From the NCBI RefSeq assembly GCF_006345805.1, contig NC_043017.1:28644001-28708000 (forward strand): 64,000 nucleotides of DNA, in the 5' to 3' direction. Source of the stretch: Octopus sinensis (lineage: Eukaryota). The notes below the pieces were generated by a model. That model saw nothing but the letters and a program-made list of their open reading frames with translations, did no database searches and was not told the origin of the DNA. Shown piece after piece: positions 53,999 through 64,000 of this stretch (position 1 is the first letter of the stretch; every line of letters begins with the position of its first letter). The translations under genes were made by a program, and so were the position numbers.

Positions 53999-54442
53999 AG
54001 GCGCAGGAGTGGCTGTGTGGTAAGTAGCTTGCCTACCAACCACATGGTTCGGCTCAGTCCCACTGCGTGGCACCTTGGGCAAGTGTCATCTGCTATAGCC
54101 CCGGGCCGAACCAATGCCTTGTGAGTGGATTGGTAGACGGAACTGAAAGAAGCCCGTCGTATATATGTATATATATATTATATATATATATATATATATT
54201 ATGTGTGTGTGTGTGTGTGTGTGTGATGTGTTTGTGTGTCTGTGTTGTGTCCCCCTAGCATTGCTTGACCCGATGCTGGTGTGTTTACGTCCCCGTCACT
54301 TAGCGGTTCGGCAAAAGAGACCGATAGAATAAGTACAGGGCTTACAAAATAATAAGTTCTGTGGTCGATTTGCTCGACAAAAGGCGGTGCTCCAGCATGG
54401 CCGCAGTCTAATGACTGAAACAAGTTAAAGAGTTAAAGAGTA
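53999..54442 (+). mobile_element. SINE family A (indel-rich)
   Basis: Full-length, with many 1-nt deletions. Confidence 0.85.
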
Positions 54443-55023
54443 TATATATATACGTATGTATATACATACAAACGTATATGCTTACATACATACATACATA
54501 TGGGGCATGCACAGGCACTTAAAATAAATTATATCATTCTTGTGCTTGTTTCAGATTTCTGCTATTAACCCTAGCTATAATTCGAAACTGTGTCACTCAG
54601 TTTCCTACACTCACATTTCGTTATTTTTAATTCCTCGAACTACATCACATCACTGCGTTTTGCATTTGTTCATGTGTAATCGTAGATATAAAAACTGCGC
54701 ACATCTTTTTACATAAATATAAGGCTGTTAGCGTAACCAGAATTCCGAATTCATTTAAATTTTTGGCATGGTGTATCCTAATGCCAGTAATAAACGTGCA
54801 GTTTTCTGATGTCTTTGCAGCCGTACAACATTTTAAATGCACTCCTAAAGGATTTAGCGATTAGCATTTCAATGGAAACATTCAAAGAGGTCGATTGGAT
54901 TGGAACCAATTGCATTAAATGCTTCTAATGGACAGAGCTTTAAAGCAAAAATAGCTGGCAAGAATTTCAGCAAACTGTATACATACACACATCACATACA
55001 TAACATGCATATATATATATGTG

Positions 55024-55100
<77 letters not shown>

Positions 55101-55169
55101 TATATATACAGCAATTATATATATTATATATACATACATCATATATATATATCTATATATAATATATAT

Positions 55170-55200
<31 letters not shown>

Positions 55201-55976
55201 CAAATGTACAGACGCAAACGCCACTCACAGACAAGCACATAAATATGCACACATGTTACACGTGCGTGTGTGTGTGTATAATGAATTCACATATTATTAA
55301 ATCCACTAGTGTAAATGTCTCTCAGCAAAGTTTACGTTCACGAATTTCACTAATAAGAATAACATTATGCATTCGTAAAATAAACTACGTTACTGGAATT
55401 AGAGTTCGATGTCAACATGGGAATACTTTCGCCTTTTCTTATAGTTTTCACTCCCGAGAACGTACAATGGCGCAGCGTATAAGATTAAGAAGAGAGCATG
55501 ATTTTGGAAATGTTTTATCCAACAAATACTAAATCTATTAAAAATATACACGACATTTTTCTTCTAGGCACATCAATATCCAGATCTAAACGAAGTGTGT
55601 ATATTAGGTAACTGAAGATATACTAAAATGAATATGTACGATGGTTTCGTTGCAATACGCGTTAGGCAAATATCTAAAGCTATATACGCACACGTATAAA
55701 TGTAGCAGTGTCTATGTGGTTTCTAAAGCATCTAGAAATAGTAGCGAAATGTTCCTTCAATTTTACACGGATTAGAAGAAAAAGAGTGAGATGTTTTCAA
55801 ATTGTGTAAAATTCTATAAATGATCATTTACCTCACGGCAAGAGGTGCAAATAAGGATAGCTATGTCAAACTTCATTCTTCACCAAGTGCCACATGTTAG
55901 AGGAGGCTCTTAGTAATAACAGTGTAGCACAAACGGCGGTGCATCAGCATGGCCGCAGCTCTGAGCAGAAACTAAA

Positions 55977-56020
<44 letters not shown>

Positions 56021-56440
56021 GATATATATATATATACAATATATATATATATATTATATATATATATTTATATATATATATATATATCGAAACACGCTAG
56101 AGTTGAACTAGACAGCTGATGAAGGGGATTTTCCTTGTGTAGTTTGTGTTGTACTCTGTTTTTCTGTTGTAAAAAACTGGTTTGCTCCATGCTGTTTTTC
56201 CGTTTTCGTTTCTCGTTGAGTTCTGCGTCTAGTTATGGTGTCCTGTACTCACGTATATATATTTATATATGCATGTATATGTACATGTAGATGTAGGTAC
56301 GTACATATATGCTTGTATGTATGCATATATTTTATTTATTACACTATATATATAGATATACAGTGATGCATTGGTTGTGATTGGAGTACGTTTCGTCATA
56401 TGCCGCTTGCCGACATATATATATTATCATATAAAATGTT

Positions 56441-56630
56441 GATCTGGCAGAATCGTTAGCGCACTGGCAAAATGATTTGCTGCATTTCATCACATTTTAT
56501 ATTCTTAGTTCAATATCCGTCGTGGTCGAGTTTACCTAGCATTTCATTCTTTAAAGGGACAATTAAATAAGTACCAGCTGAGCTCTGACTTGATGTTAGC
56601 GACTTACATCTTCCCCGAAATTCTTAGCCC
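56441..56630 (+). mobile_element. SINE family B, diverged
   Basis: Head and core similarity. Confidence 0.6.
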
Positions 56631-56639
56631 TATCTCTCT

Positions 56640-56678
56640 TTCCATCTATCTATCTGTCTGTCGTCTATCATCTATTTA

Positions 56679-56737
<59 letters not shown>

Positions 56738-56783
56738 CTAACTATCTATCTATCTGGTTATCTATCCATCTATCTTCTATCTA

Positions 56784-56826
<43 letters not shown>

Positions 56827-56852
56827 ACTACCTGTCTATCTGTCTACTTATC

Positions 56853-56884
<32 letters not shown>

Positions 56885-56885
56885 A
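56640..56885 (+). repeat. (TATC)n microsatellite
   Basis: Direct reading. Confidence 0.9.
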
Positions 56886-57646
56886 TCTATATATATATTA
56901 TATATATCATATCGATATATATAATATATATATATATATATGCATGTATACTGCGTGTGTAGCACGCATATATGTCAATATAGCTATGTATACATAAGTT
57001 TTGACGTGAGTTTTTTAAAGCCAGTGTTCATATTTGGACCACCTGTTAAACCACATTAAGAACTTATAAGTATATCAGAAATTATTCGGAAAAGAATTAT
57101 CATAATATGACAGTTTAGGAATCAAAACACAAAAGAGGGAGAGAGAACGAGAGCATTTTGATTTATCGGAATCAATAGGGCTTAGGGATGACACTACCTT
57201 GCGTTATTTATTGGCAAGTTTTCATGCAGAAAAGCAACCTTTGCATTTAATCCTTCTGCAGTGTTGGAACATATGCCATGCCAATACGAGAATTGATATC
57301 CATATAAAATCTTTAAAAGCCTCGACAATTTCTAATGTTTTGGGGGTTAGTTTACTTGGAAGTACATACCTTTCAGGGTTGTTGCTTCTATGGTCGTATC
57401 TGTTTCTGTTTGACAAAAGAAATGTGAAAAATCTTTGCTTATTGATTGGTAAATAATATCAGATAATCTTTCAGCAGATGAGCGAAAAGATTAGCCGCAT
57501 ATGTGCTCGTAGGCATTGTACAAATAGCGGCTGAATCTTACTTGAATCATGCATTCCCTGCCTTAAATTCAGAAAGGACATATAGAATTATGTATTGTAC
57601 ATCACCTCTTAAAACTAGACGCTAATATTAAAGCATTGTAAAGCAG

Positions 57647-58070
57647 TACAGAGGCAGAATTGTTAGCACATTGGCCAAAATTATTAGCGGTATTACGTTG
57701 CGAGTTTAAATTATGACGAGGCTTAATTTACCTTTCACTATTTCGGAATCGATAAAATAAGAACCGTTTAAGCACTGGCGTCGATTCAATTGACTTATTC
57801 CTGACTCCGAAACTACTGGCATTGTGTCAGAATTTTAAATCACTATCTAAGCATTGTCTAAGGCGGTGAGCTGGCCGAATCGTAAGCAGGTCGAATAAAA
57901 TGCTTAGCACCATTTGCTTCGTCTTTGCATTCTGAGCTAAAAATCTGTTGAGGCCGTCTTTGCCCTTCATCATTTAGAGAATGATAAAATAACTACTGTT
58001 TGAACAGCGTTGTGGATCTAATCGACTTACCCCTAACACCGTAATTGCTGGCCTTCTTTCACAATTGGAA
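57647..58070 (+). mobile_element. Two diverged SINE family B copies in tandem
   Basis: Copies near 57647-57840 and 57860-58070. Confidence 0.65.
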
Positions 58071-59077
58071 ACGGATATTTAAGCATTGTCTAATTTTAAT
58101 TATATTACTTATGAGGAAATGGTAACAATCCCAGACTACTGGGACCGTTATCCTCATAGACCATGCATCTAAGCCATCCCAAGAGGATGGCATTTTACGG
58201 ACTGAAATCCCTTTCCGCATAGTCCGTACTGATGAAATCTGGCTAGTATCTAAACAGCAATGCCAACGTTATTAACCCTGTCTATGGTACTAAATTATTT
58301 ATATATATTTAAAACAGCTTTTTTTTTCCAAATCTTATCAATTCGAAAATAGATTCAGTGACCGTGGCCATTGCTGTTTCATAGCAGAAACAGGTGATGG
58401 GAATGAGGAATGCACAAATAACAGAGAATCGTATTTGTGGCCTTAATCAGATGTGATGGTCTGCATGTGCAACAGTAGGAAATGATTTGGGTTAAACATT
58501 AAAATTCATATCTCTAAACTGCATATTGTATATATGCTCTCTTTCTTGTTGGCTGTCTGGTTGGCTCAAAATGTAGAATTGCTCCATTAAGCTGACATCG
58601 AATCTATTCGCTTAGGATGTAATCCAATTGCCACCCATTTCGTTAATATCATGGAAGGTGTCTCTGACCTTCTTTCTATGGGTGAATTTTAATCTATTTA
58701 AGTTTCAGCAAATCTTGTTAACTCCACCGCGTTACTAGAGTCTGAGCGAAACTTGAGAGTATTTGTTTATACAGACTTCGTTAAAAATGAGAGGAAGTTG
58801 AAATGGATAATACAAACGCAGAAGCCATATGTCTCGGGGAAAAGCAAATCCAGGAAGCTCTACATCTGGTAATGGCTGAAAACTTGTGTATTCAGATCTA
58901 CTCAATCACACTTGGCAAACAGTTACTACCAATTGTTTGTCTATAACTTCTTTTAACTCTTTTTAGCTTTGCTTAATTTACTAATTTAAGGTATTTCGCC
59001 CCCCCCTCTTTACCTTCCGAACCTCTCGTACTAACGGCGTTACACCGTTGACTTACTATACTATACTATACCCTACT

Positions 59078-59411
59078 ACATTATTTACATTATTTACATT
59101 TGACGTGTATTTCTCCTCATCTTCATTATTGTTAACACAACGTTTCGGCTGAAATACCCTCCAGCCTTCATCAGGTGTCTTGAAAAAAATTCAAACCTGG
59201 GTTCCCATCCCTAAGGTATTTTTCGATATTATCATCAACATCATCATCATCATTATTATTATTATTATGCAGGTCTCTGTCTGGAACGATCTCGGAATCT
59301 TGGGGTTGGTAGCCCGCGCTCTTAACCACTACGCCATATGTCCACGAGCATATGGCGTAGCGGTTAAGATGAGGAAAAAAATCCGTCAAATGTCAATAAT
59401 GTAAATAATGT
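59078..59411 (-). mobile_element. tRNA-headed SINE-like element with 3' hammerhead and (TGTAAATAA)n tail, plus head-to-head internally deleted inverted copy
   Basis: Minus 59340-59270: A-box TGGCGTAGTGGTT and degenerate B-box. Hammerhead at 59178-59135. Tail repeats at 59078-59105 are mirrored at 59363-59411. A 21-bp hairpin forms from 59320-59340 and 59349-59369. Confidence 0.65.
59135..59178 (-). ncRNA. Minimal type I hammerhead ribozyme with intact core
   Basis: Minus strand reads ACAC-CUGAUGA-A-GGCUG(GAGGGUAUUU)CAGCC-GAA-ACGU-U/GUGU. Stem I ACAC/GUGU, 5-bp stem II, palindromic AACGUU stem III. Confidence 0.75.
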
Positions 59412-59882
59412 GCATAATTCCTCATCTCTTAAACATAGAGCTGCATAATCCTGTTGTCTAAGATACACCAGGATAATATAATTACTACTGGAAATAAATG
59501 ATTCTCCCTATCACTGAAAGAAGGGAAAGAAAAGCTAGGCAATAAGTTTGAAATAGAATTAGACCCAGATAAACATACCACTAGATATGTATCATTCGAA
59601 AATAGAGGTTAAACAAAAATTTCAGATTCTAGAGGCATTTCCACTTGAGGAAATACTTCGAAAATAAATGCGTACCATCCACTCTATTTTCGTCCCAAGT
59701 GGGGCAAATTAGAGAATGTCCCAGTTTCATATATGTAGGGAAGGCCGCATTGCAATGGTTCATATGCTCAGAGGCGTTAATATACAACTGTTATGTAAGT
59801 TAGGCAACTGCAGTGAAAGAAACAAGAAGATATATTTTTTTTTTATTTCGCGAATTAAAAATAGGAATTTAAGTCTTGCATA

Positions 59883-60716
59883 GTCGCCGTCATAGTGTCT
59901 AGCCACGAGCACATCGAGCAGGTCGGCGAGACACTGAAAAACTACGAAGCGGTGACAGGAGCGAAAATCAACAGGGAAAAGTCATTGGGCTTGCGACTGG
60001 AAGCACTCCGTCGGTTACGACGACGAGGGTTCCGGTTGATCCGAATCAACGGAACAGCCTGGGCAACTTCCAGAGATCCCTGGCCTGGCAGTGCTACCTA
60101 GAAGCGCTACTCGTTCGGGATAAGCTCTACAGACACGGCTAGAGAAACACGGGGCCGACCTGCCCGAGATGCGGTGAGAGCGACGAAACCGTTCTGCACG
60201 CACTCGTGCAGTGTCCAACAATTTCCTACCTCTGGGCTTATGTCGAACAACTGCTGTCATGGATGAATGTGGCAAGGATGGCACGTATGAATGACGAAGC
60301 CACCTTGAGCATAATCCTATGAATCCAGAAATTGAAAACAGAGAGTTACCCACTTGCAAACAAATGTGATAACATATAAAAATATTGACCGAGGTTACCG
60401 TGGTCTTTTTCGTAGGCTTTTCTTCCCACGGATAAACCTTATCTGCTTCTCCCTTTACACCGTACATCATGACACTGTGATACACGATCCCTATTGATCG
60501 TTTGTTTTCCTCTTCCCCTTTTTTCCGCCTTTTTCTTCTTTTTTTTCTTTTTTCTTTTCTGTTCTTTCTTTTCCTTTTGTTTCTTTTTTTCCTTTTTCCC
60601 TTTTACGATCCCTTTTGATCGAAAACGTACACCACTTTTTTTCATCCCCCAAAAGAAAGGCTTTACCTTGTAATTTGTCCCATCTGTGTGCAGCCCTGTG
60701 TGGCCAATAAAGAAAA
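59883..60716 (+). mobile_element. Tx1/L1-clade LINE remnant, internally deleted, with 3' UTR
   Basis: VAVIVSS...LKNYEAVTGAKINREKSLGLRL (post-YADD), then CPRCGESDETVLHALVQCP zinc knuckle, pyrimidine-rich 3' UTR, AATAAA near 60706, ending at a (TATG/TATC)n tract. Confidence 0.75.
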
Positions 60717-61413
60717 TTATCTATGTATGTATGTATGTATGTATGTATGTATATATGTATGTATGTGTAATGTATGTATGTATGTATGTATGTATCTATC
60801 TATCTATCTATCTATCTATCTGTAAGTATAACACATAAGCACTTCGTGACGTTTCTGTATGTGTATGTGCGCGTGGGAGTGCGTGTACAGGTGTATGTAT
60901 GTGTGTGGGAGGACGTCTGGTGTATACCTTCCGTACCCGGGCGTGCCTTTCTGTGCACATCTTTAATATATTTCAAAATTTTAGATTCTCATTTCAGAAT
61001 TACTCCGTTCATAATCATGTGTGCTATGAATATTAAGAACAACGTTAATGCCACCTTTGATAAGCAGGTATCCCCAAGAACATGTTTGAGGAACAGATAT
61101 ATAAACTGCATTGTCACTGAGCTTTAGCACGAATCAGAGATGGCGGTATATACGTAGTCTTGCTGATACGCTGAAATTACATACGCCTACAGAGTCAGCG
61201 CGCATGCTCAGAAAACCTCAGGCAAAAATATCATGCAAACAGTCTTATAGCGTAGGTTTACTTATTCATTAAATCTTGATATCGAAAGAATAATTATGTG
61301 ATATTGTATAAATGTGAGTCAGCGAAGGAAGTAATTTCTAAGACAATTACTCGAGACAAAATTTTCCATATGCCTGTTTTCAAAGATATGTATATGCAAT
61401 TATACACCCCCAC

Positions 61414-61456
<43 letters not shown>

Positions 61457-61642
61457 TAAGTAATTAAGGGTTTAGCAACGATTTGCCTCACCACACACCG
61501 AATTTAGAAATAGCAGTCAAAGAGTTATAGCTATTCTTTCTACTAAATGCTTAGTATTACTTAAACTTTCCTCGAATGAGGCTTTTACATGCCGAAATCT
61601 ACTTGGTGAAATTAATGATTATATATATATATATATATATAT

Positions 61643-62027
61643 AGGCGCAGGAGTGGCTGTGTGGTAAGTAGCTTGCTAACCAACACATGGTTCCGGGTTC
61701 AGTCCCACTGCGTGGCATCTTGGGCAAGTGTCTTCTGCTATAGCCCCGGGCCGACCAATGCCTTGTGAGTGGATTTGGTAGACGGAAACTGAAAGAAGCC
61801 TGTCGTATATATGTACATATATATATGTGTATGTGTGTGTGTTTGTCCCCCTAGCATTGCTTGACAACCGATGCTTGTGTGTTTACGTCCCCGTAAACGA
61901 GACCGATAGAATAAGTACTGGGCTTACAAAGAATAAGTCCTGGGGTCGATTTGATCGACTAAAGGCGGTGCTCCAGCATGGCCACAGTCAAATGACTGAA
62001 ACAAGTAAAAGAGTAAAAGAGTAAAGA

Positions 62028-62030
<3 letters not shown>
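61643..62030 (+). mobile_element. SINE family A
   Basis: Near full-length copy. Confidence 0.9.
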
Positions 62031-62061
<31 letters not shown>

Positions 62062-62782
62062 GGAGTTAAACGCAGATGTTATTCATATTCTTTTACTTCC
62101 GACACATGTCTCAACGATATCATTGGTATTATTCCAAAGCAAAAAATGGTGTAAAACAATGTAATTTAGGGCTAGGAATAAACGTAACAGTTCAGGGCTT
62201 AGTAAATTAATTTGGTATCTAAAAGACTATAATAAACGATTTAATTTAGATTAGTTGATTCTCTCGATTTCGTTCCCTTATGATAAAGGCAAGGGATTTT
62301 GTCTTCTCTATAATCGAAACTATTTTTAATTCTTTTTTCTCAAAAAACCCTGGTAAACACGGTTACAGTGCGTGCTTATCAATGTAATCATTGGAAGAAA
62401 CACAACTTTAGTACATATAAGTGATATCTACCTTTATATACAGTTTAAAAATTGATTTTCTTCTTGCATTTCCCTTCCACTAGATATATATCTCTTTCCA
62501 AGATTTTAAGGGTTTTATTTAATTCACATATCCTTCTATATTCCTCATTTATTTGGTTTCTGATTTTTTCTTTCCTTTACCATTCCTCTTTCTATAGACT
62601 AACTTTGACGTTATATCGTGTAACGTTTAAAAAAAAATATTTAATAGCTTTCCGTTCATCGTATACATATCCATCATATGTATGTATATATATCAGATTG
62701 GAATGCAGTTCCTTCATGAACCCTAGATTCATGAAGCCAGTTTTCTGGATTGTGTGTTATGTGATGTATATAATATCATATA

Positions 62783-62827
<45 letters not shown>

Positions 62828-62828
<1 letters not shown>

Positions 62829-63221
62829 TAGCAGTATAGCCCGACGTTGCTCGGGTTGTAAGGGAAATAACTATATAAGCATTTTTAGAGAGTTATAGCC
62901 AAAAAATAGCAATAAAAGGCATTAAAAATGGAAAAAAAAATTATGGAAATTTTATTTTTAAATCGTTGACTCATCGCAGACATTTTTAGAGAGATTCTTC
63001 CCTTATATAATAGCGAAAAAAATGCATTAAAATGGAAAAGAACGATGGTAATTTTTTTTTAAATCGTACACTCATGGTAGACGCGCGCTAATACACAGAA
63101 GGGCTCGATATGAGATACCCGGGTTCGACTATAAGATACCCGGTTTTAGTTAAACTGCACCGCAAAATAGGAATCAAAATCGTAGGAGACAGACACACAA
63201 CTTCACTTATATATATAAAGA
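62828..63221 (-). mobile_element. Non-autonomous Helitron
   Basis: Same termini on the minus strand. Confidence 0.8.
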
Positions 63222-63228
63222 TATATAT

Positions 63229-63643
63229 AGGCGCAGGAGTGGCTGTATGGTAAGTAGCTTACTAACCAACAACATGGTTCCGGGTTCAGTCCCACTGCGT
63301 GGCATCTTGGGTAAGTGTCTTCTGCTATAGCCCCGGGCCGACCAATGCGTTGTGAGTGGATTTGGTAGACGGAAACTGAAAGAAGCCCGTCGTATATATG
63401 TATATATATGTATATATAATATGTGTATGTGTCTATGTGTCTGTGTTTGTCCCCCTAGCATTGGTTCACAACCGATGCTGATGTGTTTACATCCCCGTTA
63501 CTTACCGGTTCGGCAAAAGAGACCGATAGAATAAGTACTGGGCTTACAAAGAATACGTCCCGGGGTCGATTTGTTCGACTAAAGGCGGTGCTCCAGCATG
63601 GCCGCAGTCAAATGACTGAAATAAGTAAAAGAGTAAAAGAGTA
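63229..63643 (+). mobile_element. SINE family A
   Basis: Full-length copy between a Helitron and the hammerhead-like repeat. Confidence 0.9.
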
Positions 63644-63651
63644 TATATATA

Positions 63652-63869
63652 TGCGCCTTTCAAAATGTGACCTCGTGTGTACCGTTGGCGATTTTTTCCT
63701 CTGTCTTCCCTTCTCTGGATCTTTCCTTCTCCTATGTTTCCGACGAAGAGCTCCGCTCGAAACGTTAAACCCTCCATCTTCCCTTCTTTCCTGAGCGTCC
63801 AATAACACTATATTTGTTCCACGTCCTCGCGTTGTTGTGTTTTTTTGTGTTTTCTTGTTTGGATTGACT
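63652..63869 (+). mobile_element. Copy of the ~210 bp hammerhead-like repeat
   Basis: GTTTCCGACGAAGAGCTCCGCTCGAAACGTTAAAC at 63736-63770. Confidence 0.75.
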
Positions 63870-64000
63870 ATATATATGCACCGTTACTGAATGTGGTCAA
63901 ATTCTTATTCAATTTAGCTACCTTATTAAGGTGTTTTGCTCCAAAACAAAACGCATAGATCGATCCTGGAATCGAAAGACGGGCTTATGGTTATGAATGC

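Noticed and set aside
54553-54845. Signal-peptide-like frame after a good acceptor, and a minus-strand 65-aa ORF
   Set aside because: No donor or homology evidence; could be chance in AT-rich DNA.
56085-56135. GAAAC...CTGATGA permuted hammerhead-like words
   Set aside because: Stems I and III cannot be formed.
587-63808. Supplied ORFs rich in IYIY, YVCM, IIII, LSIY, THTH
   Set aside because: Translations of microsatellites and SINE bodies; not genes.

Overview
AT-rich, microsatellite-dense eukaryotic DNA. The SINE families and (TA)n/(TATG)n/(GATA)n/(AAT)n load suggest a coleoid cephalopod, probably octopus (inference, not a database result). No long intact protein-coding gene is evident, and nearly all supplied ORFs are microsatellite artefacts. 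The window is dominated by repeats: about 11 copies of one tRNA-derived SINE (family A), about 10 of a second (family B), one copy of a third, five non-autonomous Helitrons (A|TC...hairpin-CTAG|T), several palindromic MITE-like elements, and decayed RTE, CR1-like, Tx1/L1 and Penelope-like (PLE) reverse-transcriptase fragments. The standout is a nearly perfect 361-362 bp tandem array (15428-16776, about 3.7 units). Each unit carries, on the minus strand, a type I hammerhead ribozyme with an extended stem I, a dimer-requiring palindromic stem III and a compensatory U3-A8 core pair, so it is a candidate non-LTR retrozyme / circRNA-producing element. Further hammerheads occur in a tRNA-headed SINE-like element with an inverted mini-copy (59078-59411) and in a dispersed ~210 bp repeat that may be a PLE pseudo-LTR. 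A few weak candidate exons of an unidentified, possibly locally duplicated gene are noted at low confidence.
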